A model generated the notes under the pieces. The model was not told where the DNA came from. It made no database searches and saw only the letters and a list, made by a program, of their open reading frames with translations. A stretch of DNA of 64,000 nucleotides from Hydrolagus colliei (taxonomy: Eukaryota). The translations under genes were made by a program, and so were the position numbers. Positions within the stretch are counted from its first letter, which is position 1. Each line of letters begins with the position of its first letter. This document shows, piece by piece, positions 1 through 12,414 of this stretch. The stretch covers positions 1,302,001-1,366,000 of the forward strand of contig CM068760.1 of NCBI GenBank assembly GCA_035084275.1, in the 5' to 3' direction.

Positions 1-1858
1 TCCCACTTATTAAACATTAGACCGATGTTCAACACAGTTGATTGTGATTTTTCAGCCTAGTCGGTTTCCTGTGTCCATTTTATTTAATCCTTTCTTTGTA
101 ATCTGGATCAAACCATTACAAGTTTCCATGACAAAAATAGAAATTCTGTAAGTAGATCTTGATTTGAAATGGGCTTGGCTCTCTATTCTTTCCATATGTA
201 GTAATTGCCCTCTTGAGAGGCTACAGAGATGAAACTGCTCATGTTCGCCCACAACACGTGGTCATTCCACTTTACAGTATATTATCCTGTGAAGCTGTTT
301 AAGACGCCCTCCTGATGCGAAAAGCACTATAGCAAATGTATGTACTATGCTTGTAATGTGGGCAAAACGCTGTGGTTGAATTTCAAGCCACGTTTTTTTA
401 ACACAAGCTATGAAACTGATGACGGATACTCATATCAGCAGGGAAGGTTAGTCTGTGTGAATTGTGTTGTGGACAGGCCTGAAAGGTGTGGCACCCACTG
501 AGGTCAAAGAAACAGCGTTGAAAGGGACAGATATATTACAGGACTACATGAAGGCAAATTAACAAATATTCATATGCATAGCTGCTGATAATCTGTTCAC
601 ATATATGTGATCTATGGGGCTCTTTGTTTATGTGGAGCAGAGTTAGTTGAATAGCACCACTTATAAATTCTGTTTGTGAATAACATCACTTTGGGTGTGG
701 TTAATAAAGTTATTCAGCAAATAATGGTGTGGAGTTAGTCTGTACAAGCTTCTGATTATTTGCTAGTCCCAATGGAAGTGTGATTGTGGTTAGTACAGGA
801 ATGTAGTTCTCGATAAGGTGACAAACTAGTTTGCAAGTCCCCCACGCCATCATAATTAGGTTTGTCTGCAGCTGCAGAACACTCCCGGGTGCTGTGGGGG
901 AAGCAGTGCTCACTGATGTTCCACTAAAGTTTAACCAGCTTTATCTGCAGCCCAATTTTCCCAGTGATCTTTCTGCATAGCAAAGGCTTATCTGTCTGTT
1001 TGAAATGGAAATGTATAACCGTGCAGACACATATCAGCGCTGCTTGTGCTATCTGAAAATAAGTATTTGTTTTAATGCTCTTTAATTGGTTTTATTGAGT
1101 AGTTAGATATTTGGGGGGGTGGTAAGACTTTCAACAAATTGTTCCACGGTAGTTAACTTCTCAGTTAAATGCAAATGAATCCTACATTTGTATTGATATT
1201 AAGACCAAAGAAGTTTTAAATGGGGCAGTTAAATCTGATTGAATCTAGCCCTGCCAAACCAAATGTTTTCTTTGACAATCTTTGGATTTGTGATATTGTA
1301 GATGATGTATAGTTTTGACTTGGCTAGGCTCCTTCCTGAGGTGAATGGCGCTATACAAATGTAAATTATTGTTAAATCAAAGCAACAGAGCCTTTGGCTT
1401 GTTAATCAGCTGGGAACTTTGTTTTCTCTTGTCACACAGAACTGTTTTTTAAACGTTGGATGCAAAGTAGCAAGAAGTATAAATTGCTCCACATCACTGT
1501 GTGCTGGTAGTAGCAGTCACATAGATTTCAGTCGTATAAAGATAGCCTAACACTGATTGGAAACGTTTGTTTGAAGTGCCAAATGTATTCTTCTGCAGCA
1601 AAGCTAGCCTTCAATGGTTAAGTACTCATTTGAATATAGGCCAGGGGGGGGGGGTCATTGTGACATTACACCAGAGCTGTGAGAATTCTGTGAATTTGTT
1701 TCTCAAATTTCCTTGCACTAAACTAGGGATTCCATCATTACAAGCACTTCTGCCATCTAGAGGGGAAATCAGAGCAAAAACAGTTGAATTAATTTATCTA
1801 ATCGATTTGCTGCTGCTGTGAAATCCAGTGTTTTTGATGCAATTCCTTTGTTTTTAAG

Positions 1859-1976
1859 CTATTGAAGCAATGAAAAATGCACATCGCGGGGAACTGGAGC
1901 GTGAACTGGAGAAGGTGCGGAAATCACAAAACAGCAACTTAAATGCTGATCTGGATGAAATCTGCAAACAGCACGA
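1859..1976 (+). CDS. MPRIP-like gene, internal exon (AIEAMKNAHRGELERELEKVRKSQ...)
   Basis: tttttaag| acceptor and |gtacgt donor; peptide matches recalled MPRIP AIEAMKNAHREEMERELEK; phase joins the next exon. Confidence 0.93.
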
Positions 1977-2890
1977 GTACGTGAGGGTCAAGGGTGTGGG
2001 CACGAATGAAAATTTAATGCTCCTGATGACATCTGGCAGAAGCCACAGCGGTTAAAATAAAACTGAGTCTTGCACAGCCATAAGTTTACTCGTTCCCTTG
2101 CTGACAGCCTTGTGCTCAGTGAGCTAATTTCATTACAGTTTATTCCTGGTGCATGCTAGTTATTGATTTGTGTGGCTGGGAGAATGTGTGGCTGAATACT
2201 GAATACCGGTACCCGGCTGCTTTGTCAATTTAAGCAGTCACGTAGCTTGTGACGCATGAGGTAATAATGACACATGAGGTATGAGGGCATTATGGTGCTG
2301 TACTCTAGCAAATCACTGTATTCACTGACTGAGGAAGAGTCTGGTTCCAGCTCAGATATTATTGATCCCTTAATGATTTTTGTGCTCCCTGCCTGCAATC
2401 TTCCACTAACCCATTTGTGGATCTGGCTTGCATTAAAGTGTGTGACCCAAGCGTAGAGGCTAAGTGACTAAGTGACACCTCGTGGTGGCAGAGGCAGAGA
2501 ACATTGCCTTGCCAGGCACGCCAGTTTCACAACAGCCCTGGCAGAGAAGAGAAACACTCGCTCCTTCTCCACCCCACCCTTTTGTTTGTGTGAAGAGAAT
2601 GGTCTGTAAGGATCTTGCCGTCATAACAAATGACTTCTGTGCAATTGCTGTCCCTCCACAAACCATTTTCTGCCTGAAACGCCAGCAAGTGACCGACTTC
2701 TGTCCATTCTTATTCCCATGGCAGTCACTGACGTTATTGAGCAATGGTACCACAACAATTTGCACTTCTATCGAGTGTTTATGTTGGCAGAAAGTCTCTT
2801 AAAACATTTAATAAAATTACATTCAAGAGCAGGAATAATTACTGAATAATTGTTTGAGGTGGGACATAATTTATCATAATTTATCCACAG

Positions 2891-3050
2891 GGAGGAGCTG
2901 ACATCGCTGCATCGAGAAATTGAAGTGCTGTCAGAACAATACTCTCAGAAGTGTTTAGAGAACGCCCACCTCGCTCAGGCTCTGGAAGCAGAACGCCAGG
3001 CACTACGGCAGTGCCAGCGTGAGAACCAGGAACTGAACGCACATAACCAG
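2891..3050 (+). CDS. MPRIP-like exon (EELTSLHREIEVLSEQYSQKCLENAHLAQALEAERQALRQCQRENQELNAHNQ)
   Basis: ccacag| and |gtatga; near-identical to the recalled MPRIP coiled coil. Confidence 0.96.
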
Positions 3051-3439
3051 GTATGAGGAACCCTCACCCGCTCAAAACATTTGTAAATCCGCCGAACGCG
3101 GGGGGTACTTTCCTGGAAATTCCATTCGGTAAGCTGGCGGCTTCCTCCCAACTGCGCACGCGCAGGGCCAGCCAGCGCCTGAACTCAAACTTTACTCGTG
3201 TGCCACAAAAAAAGTGCCGCATTTATTTCTTCACGTAGAAGTCGAATTTGCGCTCAAGAAAGTCGCGTTGGGAAGGGTCGGCTGTATACTCGGCTGATGT
3301 GACGAAGCATATCTAATATGCTTTGAACTGGGTAATTCCCAATTAGGAACAGATTGACCGTATTGGGTGTCACGAGACTTCAATAAATAAACATCCTGTT
3401 GTTAAAATATTTCAAGGGGTTCAAAAACCTGGATTTTTA

Positions 3440-3657
3440 TGCTTTATGGAATGCATTGCCTGAAAAGGTGGTGGAGGCCGATTCGATAACAACTTTTAAA
3501 AGAGAGGTAGACATTTATTTGGGGAGGACGGGTTTGCGAGGTTACGGGGAGAGAGCTGGGCAGTGGGATTAAATTGCTCTTTTTAAAGAGTCAGCACAGA
3601 CTCGATGGGCCGAATGGCCTCCTTTTGTGCTGTAAGATTCTATGATTCTATTATTCT
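3440..3657 (+). mobile_element. CR1-type LINE 3' end fragment
   Basis: tggaatgcattgcctgaaaaggtggtggaggc...tgggccgaatggcctcct followed by an (attctatg)-type tail. Confidence 0.75.
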
Positions 3658-3693
3658 AATTTGCACCTGATTTTTTTTGTTTGTTTTTCACAG

Positions 3694-3807
3694 GAGCTGA
3701 ATAATCGCCTAGCTACAGAGATCACACGCCTTAGAACAATGGTCTCCAGTGATGGCAGTGGGGATGGTACAGGCATTTCGCAAGGCAAAGAAGTCTATGA
3801 ATTAGAG
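3694..3807 (+). CDS. MPRIP-like exon (ELNNRLATEITRLRT...GKEVYELE)
   Basis: tcacag| and |gtaaac; 114 nt, phase 0/0. Confidence 0.95.
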
Positions 3808-4457
3808 GTAAACTGTATGATTGCAGCAACAGAGCATTACAGTCAATGCTTTAAAGGTTCATGTGGGCACATTGCTCAAGGTCTTGCTTAATTCCTAAAT
3901 TGTGAATTGCATTCTTATGAATGCAGCACAGACTTTATAAGGGAACCCATCCCCTCTTTCTGGTTCCTGTCCCCTGACAGATTAGCTACTTGGTGTCTCG
4001 TTTTCGCTGTTAGTAATGGCGGGTTGGGATGGTGCATTTGCTGTCAGGTTACTGTTGGGATTTGATCCTATGCGGATGTAGATTTGAAACTCAAGTATTT
4101 TAGACTTTTGTGATTTACTGAGCTGCAGACAGAAGAGTCCGTTTTACATAAGGACATAAGAATTTTCTGGCGGAAGAACAAAGTCCATCTAGTTTGCCTT
4201 CCACTATCCTGGCTGTCGCTTGGTGTGTCGTGTCCCAAGTTATACACCGTATCCTCAGATATTATTTTCACACAAAAATCTGTCTTAAAACAATCAACAT
4301 TTTCCACCCTGAAATCACAGACTCACCCAGTGTCTGTCCCCCCGTCCCCCCCCCACCATCAGAGGTTGTTGGAGATGATGATGAAAAGTGAAATTATTGA
4401 ACTCTGGGATTGTATGAAACGTTTAAACACTAAATCTGTTTCTTGCTCCATATCCAG

Positions 4458-4544
4458 GTCCTGCTGCGGGTGAAGGAGTCTGAAATACAGTATTTAAAAC
4501 AGGAGATTAATTCTCTGAAAGATGAATTGCAGACAGCTCAGAGA
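4458..4544 (+). CDS. MPRIP-like exon (VLLRVKESEIQYLKQEINSLKDELQTAQR)
   Basis: atccag| and |gtaagt; MPRIP/TRIOBP family motif. Confidence 0.96.
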
Positions 4545-5913
4545 GTAAGTTTATTGCTTCAGCTCTTGGTATTGTTAGAATCTTCTCAAAGTATTTAGGC
4601 TACTTTATCAATATTTTTTTTAAATCCTTGCATTTGATATAGCGCTTCTCATATCTTTGATATATTTCAAAGCTCTTCACAGAATAAAGTAAAGAGAACT
4701 GACAGTATATTTTGTGGGCAAAGCGTGGCAGCCAATCACAAAGTAATATATTGCCTATTTTCTCCCAAATGAAAGTTAGTTTGTCACCTCAAAAACTTGA
4801 TAAGTGCTTCTGTCAGGAGTGGTAATATGAAATTTTTGCCTGATCCTCTTGTGCACCATCTAGTGTCCAGATATAGAGTAACAGGAACGTGTGGTATGAA
4901 TTGCAGTATTAACAACAAAATGGCATTTGTATAGCACTTTTCATGTAGGTAGGGAGGACATCCCAAGGCGCCATAAGGAAATCTTTAGATTTTTTTTTTT
5001 TAATGGACACAAATCAGAGCCTGGAAGGGAGTTAACACTTCAAAATGATTACCAGGAAGGATGGGTGGTCGAGGCCAGAGCATTGGGGATAGTAGAAACC
5101 AGCTTGATACTGTAATGGGAAGATGGGTGGATCCTCTGGAAGTTTGAGATCAAATGAAGAGCCTTTGTGGGCTGAACCTCACTTATGATTATAGCCTAAA
5201 CACATAGAATCCACTTGTTTGTTTGGGTCTTTTAAAGATCTACTAATGAAGGTTTAATTTGCAAGGTTTATCAAGTGGTTTATGCTGTGGCTGCTCTAGC
5301 TATTGTCTACTCTGTGTGGACCGTACCCAACTAATCTCTTGAGGGGAAGTTCTACCTAATACTCTATGACTTCAAGGAATTTTGAGTAGAATTCAAGAAT
5401 CTTCCCCTCTTCAGCCTTGCCTTTCCTTCGCTCTCACCATTTACAAACTTAATATTTTCCTACTGTTTCGGTGCCATCTAGTGTTATAAAATTACACTTG
5501 TGGAATTCAACAGTGTATAGCATAGAATATATAGTTTAAGCGCTCTGAGACGCTGTCCGGCGTGGGGGGCGCTATATAAATCAAAGTTGTTGTTGTTGTA
5601 GTTCAGTGACAACTTGCATTTCTACAGCGCCCCTTCACCCAGGGTGGATTCCCAGAGCGCTCGACAGTTGCGGAACATGACGCCACACCTGGGGGAGAAG
5701 GGAGATGTCTGTAGGCAGGGTTGAAGAAGATGGTCTTCAGACGCGATCAGGAGATAGGGAAGGAAGGGGCAAGGTGGAGGGATAGAGGAAGAGTGTTTCA
5801 GAGTTTCCCGAAGTGAAACACATTGTATCAAAAGTTTATTTTTAGAAAATGATTATGTCTTATTGTTAAAAGTCTGTGCAGGAATTCTATAACCAGTACA
5901 TATCCTTCCACAG

Positions 5914-6076
5914 GATAAAAAGTACGCCACAGATAAATACAAGGACATCTACACAGAGCTGAGCATCGTCAAGGCTAAGTCGGAGCGTGATTTAAACAGA
6001 CTAAAAGAGCAGCTGCAATTGGCACATGAGTCCCTGGAAGAGCAGCCAATGGACGAAACCGAGCACAGCAGATATG
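5914..6076 (+). CDS. MPRIP-like exon (DKKYATDKYKDIYTELSIVKAKSERDLNRLKEQL...)
   Basis: ccacag| and |gtacag; matches recalled MPRIP DKKYASDKYKDIYTELS. Confidence 0.95.
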
Positions 6077-7462
6077 GTACAGCAGGCTTGAGGCGTTCAA
6101 CTTAACCGTTGTATCTTTCTGGCTTAGTTCAAGCCAATTGTAAAGAGTCTCTCCTCGTGCCAGACTGGAGTATGTGCTGAATCGCTCACTTGCAGGGGTT
6201 CATGTCTCCGTCCCCACTGAATTCATTGATCACAGTCAAGGCTGATTGAGAGTATAGCAATCATATCACGAGAGCTTGAGAAGCAAAAGGCCCCCTCCTT
6301 GTTCTTTTGATTTCAACTGTCCAGAAAATCTACCCTAAGGCCTTCTTGTTACATCATCAATCTCTGCTTTTAAGCACTCCCAGTGCCCTGGCGACTACTG
6401 CCCACCTTTTCTCACCACCCATTCCACCAACCCTCGGTGTAAAGTAGTAACTTTCAGACATCTGTCTTAACAGTGCCCATCAGACCCTACAGTATATATT
6501 TCATAAAAACACAGAAAGACATCACATCATCCAGAGCCACACAAACTATATCTTAATTTAGGCTTCTGCCACTGTCAAGCACTCCGGGGTGCAAGTTGTT
6601 GTTGTAGTTGTGGGAACAATTACTTGCATCCCGGAGTGCTTGACAGTGGCGGAGTCTAGAAATAGTGCAGAAATGCGCACTGAACCCCAATGGTAATCGA
6701 GGAAAGACTTCACAATGTTCCCCCATCACTAAATTTCCACAAATCAACCCCTCAAATCAACTTCAACAGATAACAATTCTCTTCGACCCACCACCATCAC
6801 CTCCACCACCATGACACAGAATAATCTTTGTTTTTCCTAAACTCGGGAAGATCCAAATCAGCCGTACGATGATTGAATGTGGTGACACCAGTTAATAACG
6901 TGGTTATGGATGTGAACAGAATTGACCAGTTGAAATGTCAGCGTCCTCTTTCTCTCACCCCCCCCCCCCAGTGGACCATTAATCTGCTTGTGCTAATTGT
7001 GCTAACCCTTTGAATTCAAGTGCTCCCTGAGCTAATGGAACTGTAGCTAAACAGAAGTAAGGAGGAGAAGATGAGGCAAGGGGAGAAAACAGAACGGTAC
7101 AGAGAGAAATTGATTTCCAATAGTATGGCCATCGAGGTAGAAAGATTAGATGGTCTGTTGAATTCTTCATCCTGAAGCTATTCCCCAATTATGCTGTTTT
7201 ATTTACTCTGTGGAGGCAAACCTTTACCATGTTCTTCATGAAAGATGAAACGGTTTTAAAGTGATAGAGTTACACTCATGTTGACAGGCGGATTCGAGTC
7301 TGCCTATAGATGAGTTTTGGAAGGGGAAGGGAGTGTGCACTAAACGGACACTTCAGCTTTGACAGAAGGCAGTACGATACACCTTGAACCTAAGCCCTAG
7401 ATTCGCTAAAGGCCCAGATTAAACAAGTAGTCCGTTTTACAGAACAAAATATATTCTTGCAG

Positions 7463-7545
7463 ATATAATGAAATCGAAGAGCAATCCAGACATACTGAAG
7501 ATGGCAGCCGCAGCAAAGCGAGCGGAACGAACAATGAGGTCCAAG
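7463..7545 (+). CDS. MPRIP-like exon (DIMKSKSNPDILKMAAAAKRAERTMRSK)
   Basis: ttgcag| and |gtatgc; DIMKSKSNPD...RSK is MPRIP-type; phase fits. Confidence 0.93.
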
Positions 7546-8907
7546 GTATGCTGTAGCCCCGACAATGTGTCTGTCACTTGTCTCTGCAATGCCATTAGGC
7601 CTTTGCTCTGCAGAACCCACTCCTTTTTAGTCCCATCATCGTTCAACTCAGCTGAAGCTGTTTTAAGGTCACTCTCGCTCATTAGCGCAGGAATTCTGAC
7701 CGTTTCCATATCATAATTTGGCTCAATGCAGTCTTTTGTTGTTTCAAAGCATTACTATTGCTTAGAGACTGCAAGGAAACCAGTTATATATATATATATG
7801 ATATACTGTGTGTGTATATATATATATACTGTATAATATAAATTCTCAGCTTTACCCTTTCACTCTTCCAGCCCTTTCTGTCTCACACAGGAAAGTTTTT
7901 TGAGCAGAACTGCATGTTTATCCAATAACCAGTTATATCCATTAAACTTCGGCCTCATAAATTAGCATTGGTGAGAACATCATCTTTCCTGTGGCCAAAT
8001 GGCAATAACACACTTCTCTTTTATTTATGAACTGTAATTGTGCTTTGTTAATATTCATTTTGCATCATTATTTTACAAGTATTTCACCTAACTACAAAAA
8101 CGCCTCTCGTGTGAAATACAAGGCCTCACCCCATCTGTGATTTTTTTTTCTTTTCCATTCTCGCCCCCCCTTCCCCTCCCCATTGCATCTGCTTTTACAA
8201 TGCACGGTTTCAAGTTATTCATGTGTTCGTTATGTCTTCGCTGTTGATTTATTTTGGTAACTGCCATTTAATGCAAGTGTTCTATTTCTGTTTGCATGAA
8301 GCTACTTTGTGGATCCTGTGAAATGTCATCATTACATGTGTTTGCTCACAACTCTGACCGGAGACACTTTTCTGGGTGAACCAGCACCACAGCAGCACAA
8401 TACCTGCCTTTTATCTTGACTTCCCCACATCTCTCCGCCCCCTCCCACCCCAGCCAGTGTTTTCATGTGTTCTCTTAGCGAGATACTGAATGCAAGGATT
8501 GATAAAGGACACACTGCCAACATCATTCGTGCAGTTGTAGTGAGTTTAGAGCACTAAAGGAGGCCTTAGTTGCTGCTGCTCACACATGTTTGTAAACCCT
8601 GGTGGTGGGCAATGAGGAAAAGGCAAGGAAAGGGAAGAATGGCGGAGGGTGTGTTTTTTTAAAATCTAATAATGCATTCATGAATCTATACAAAGTAGGG
8701 CTTTGGACAATTTTAATATAGTCTGGTCTGGGGTGTCCACCGTATGTGAATGAGAATTAAATAGTTAAAGTTCAGGTATCGCATGTGATCTACAGTTCCA
8801 CAAGCTCAGGAGAATGCCAAGTTCATAACCTCCCTCAATTCAGCAGTGAGGAGAAATTCCATGTAAATACTACTCCTTTTTTTAATCTTTCTGGCTTTCG
8901 CTCTCTC

Positions 8908-9085
8908 NNNNNNNNNNNNNNNNNNNNNNNNNNNNNNNNNNNNNNNNNNNNNNNNNNNNNNNNNNNNNNNNNNNNNNNNNNNNNNNNNNNNNNNNNNNNN
9001 NNNNNNNNNNNNNNNNNNNNNNNNNNNNNNNNNNNNNNNNNNNNNNNNNNNNNNNNNNNNNNNNNNNNNNNNNNNNNNNNNNNNN
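8908..9085. other. Assembly gap
   Basis: Run of N. Confidence 1.
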
Positions 9086-10246
9086 GTTCGTTTATTTTCG
9101 GGTATCTCAGATCCAGTTCCCCTTATTAATGTTAGGTGTAACTGGCTGTCCCATAAACTGGTCTTCGAGGTGATGTATTCTGTGACCCTTCAATCTGATT
9201 TAATTCTGACCGACTTGCAACAGTTTGTCAAAGTGGTAAATGTGGTACAAATGCTTTTTCTAAACAGCCCAAAGCAGGGAGCTGGGAACGACAACGTGTG
9301 CACTGTTTACTTTTGATCATCAGTATAAATTTTGAGGAGCAGGAGGTATTTCCAAGGGCCACAGTTATTAAAGTAAATTGTTAATTAAAGGAGCCTTTGA
9401 TGAACAAAATGGATGCAGGTTTTGACCTTGTTTCTGCATTTGGCACAAGGGCAATGGACCAGGTTTGCTCAGGAGCTAAATCTCTCAGTGACTGCTCTGG
9501 TTGCCTTCCTCTCAATTGTGCATATGTGGTATTCACACTGGCTGCATCCACACTTTCAAGAGTGAGGTTGATAAATTTTTGGTAGGTCAGGGTATTAAGG
9601 GATATGGGGAGCAAGCAGAAAATTGGAATTGAGAGAATTTGTAGAACTACAGATCAGCCATGATCTTATTAAATGGTGGAACAGGCTTGAAGGGCAGAAT
9701 AGCATCCTGTTCCTATTTCCCATGTACCACACTACCCTGTGGGTTTCAGTAGGAAAAATTAATGGCAATGATGAAAGACGATGGATTCTGATTTTAGGCA
9801 ATAAGTTTCTCAATTCGAGCTGCGGATTCTCAATCGAAAGTGACGTGTTTACCCACCCAGTTACTGAGGGGACCATTCAGATATGATCTGTTCCCAACCA
9901 CATTGTGTCACATCAAAAGACGACAGTTCTGGGGTGTGACCAACCTGATCCAGGAAAGCAAAGCAGGGCAGGCGATGTGAGATACTTGCAGCTAATCCGA
10001 ATGCTTTAATGAGCCCCTTTTTGTTGAGCGATTTGCATGATTAGCTTGTTATGAAGAACGAGTACATTATGTCTTGAGCACTAGTTAAGATATTTATATC
10101 TTATATACTTATAACACTACAAGGATCCAGGCACATTGCAGGTATTTTAGTCTGAAGTTCACAAGTGAAATTTTGAACCCTTTATTGGTGATGCTTTACT
10201 TTCTAACCTTCCTTATTGAATTTTGCTCCCCTTTCTCTTCTTTTAG

Positions 10247-10279
10247 TCTGTGAGTAAAGAGCTGGCCTGGGAGAGCTAG
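10247..10279 (+). CDS. MPRIP-like stop-containing cassette exon, SVSKELAWES* (exon 10247-10310)
   Basis: Strong pyrimidine tract then ttttag|; donor |gtaaac at 10311; resembles the MPRIP alternative C-terminus SVIEQVSWDT*. Confidence 0.8.
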   Translation, partial: SVSKELAWES

Positions 10280-12342
10280 AACTGCTCGATGATTGACGCC
10301 CTCCCTTTAGGTAAACCACTGTTGGTCATCGTCACTGACTCGAGACATGTCACTTTGAGTTAGAACATTTTGTGTGCACATGCGATTAAGTCTGGGTTTA
10401 TTTCCTAGACTTGCTTTAGCCTGTGAACAATTAAATCTCATTGCTGCATCTGCAGAGGCTTATTTTGCAGTTATGGTGAGGTGAACATGAGATCTTATTC
10501 ATTCTCCCAATAGCTTCAAATGGACCCCAATGTTGGAGGTCGATTAATTTGCTTTCTTTTAAAAAAAATGTAGACCTCGGGCTGGGCCTCAAATAAGTCC
10601 AGTAAGAATTGTTGTGGAGATCCCACAGTACATTTGTTAATGCTTGAAGTGTTCAGAGAGATCACGGTAGCCAGTCTTGTCATTAATCTAGTAACAGCAT
10701 TAGAGGTTTAGTGTATTCACCTGGCCTGTTTTCTTTGTGCTTTGTTGTCTGTATGTTGGTCATGTGTCCAGTGTTTTGCCAGGTAGGTACGATGTTAGGC
10801 TGCAGTTATTCTAACCTGTAGATTTGGTTGTGGTGTTACGTTGGGAGTTTGTTCTGATCTGTGCATGCATTATTCCAGACAGTGCTATAGAATTAAACAT
10901 TTTGTACTTTGGATCCACATTGCAAACATTCTCTGCCAGTAGTTTAGTTAGAATACTAATCTCAATTAGGCCATCTTTCCCTCACCTGAAGCTCAAATGA
11001 TTCTAACATTGACCCACAGTGGAGCGTTTGAACTCTCAGATCTAGGGCAGCCTGGTGATGCTACATATAGTTTATATTAGATTTATTTACTGAGGAAAAA
11101 GTCTGTTTTTTAATTGTAAAATCTGATCCAAACGCAGCAGCAGCAGCAGCTAACCAGGCATTTCAGTTGTATTTTGCCTTTGGCAATGGATGAAATATTG
11201 TTCAACAGTTGTGTTCTATTGGTATGGAACTATGCAATATATTGTACAATACAACCACTGTGTAGCACATGACTGAGCAATTGTGTCCTGACCAATGACC
11301 TCAACTTGTACGTGTTTTTGAAATCCGCTTGACCCTGGTGTAATTTTCAGATAGCTCTGTAATAGTGACCCCCCCCCCCCGCCAAACTAGCTCAGGCTGC
11401 GGGCTCTAGTTTAGGAGCCAATGCATATCAATATTGCTTTATTTAAAACCAAACTTCTGATATGGGATCTCTCTCTCACACAATACACAACTCAAGAAAC
11501 CTCAAATGAGTTAGTGCCAGGGGTCTAAAACCACAGGTGACATAAATTGGTAGTTTCACAGCTCACAACAAACTGTAAGGATGGCTAATTAAACAGTGGT
11601 GGGAAATTAAAGTCACTATTGTGAGGGCTAGAGAGTAGCCGGCGGTCCAAAATGTTGTTATTAAGTGTTATTGGGGAAGTTTGATCCTAAACCATCCTCA
11701 ACCAATCCTGGCATTGAATTGGAGAAAATGTTCTATTCCTCAGCATATGTCTTCCTCAAATACAAAATCAAACTAAGACTTTTTCATTAACCCTTTTTAG
11801 ATCGTTGTGTTTAATGCTTGATTTTCTTCCCAAGTACAGTATTGCTGATCTGGCAGTACAGCTGTTATATTGTGGAGTCTGTATCGTTCTGCTTGAGTAA
11901 CTTGCAATTGGCTTCAAGTTTACAGGTGAAATTTAGTCTCACTGATGAAAGAGACTGTGTTTTTGTTCCAAGTTCTCTGGTGCCCATTTTAATAACTGGC
12001 TTGTGTTGTTGTCTTTCTCTTGCTCTGTCAGCCTGAATGTGCTAACCACAGACCCATCAGTTTGATGCAGAAAACAATACAAGCTAAGACTCTATTTGCA
12101 GATCTAGCATTAGGTGCACCCAGAGAGCTGTCTTCAGATTACAGTCGCTCTGATTAATTTGTTTGTGGCAAATAGGTATATTGAGGGGGAGAGGAGTAAC
12201 AGATGAAATGATCATCAGAATTTGCATGCAGCAATGTACATTAACCCTTCTCACTCCCCGGAATTCTTTGGTGTAATACGATGATTGGATTTGTCAGGTG
12301 GTCGACTGCACTAACGGTTCCTTTCCCTCCTTTCCTTCACAG

Positions 12343-12414
12343 AGCCTCAAAGAAGGACTTTCTGTTCAACAGAGGTTTCACCTGTTTGAAAACAAGGAGT
12401 CAAAAGAATTTTAA
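12343..12414 (+). CDS. MPRIP-like terminal coding exon, SLKEGLSVQQRFHLFENKESKEF*
   Basis: ccttcacag| acceptor with upstream actaac branch site; homologous to MPRIP SLKEGLTVQERLKLFE. Confidence 0.92.
   Translation, partial: SLKEGLSVQQRFHLFENKESKEF

Noticed and set aside
12032-12113. Possible extra MPRIP-like exon after ctctgtcag|
   Set aside because: Weak donor and no recognisable homology.
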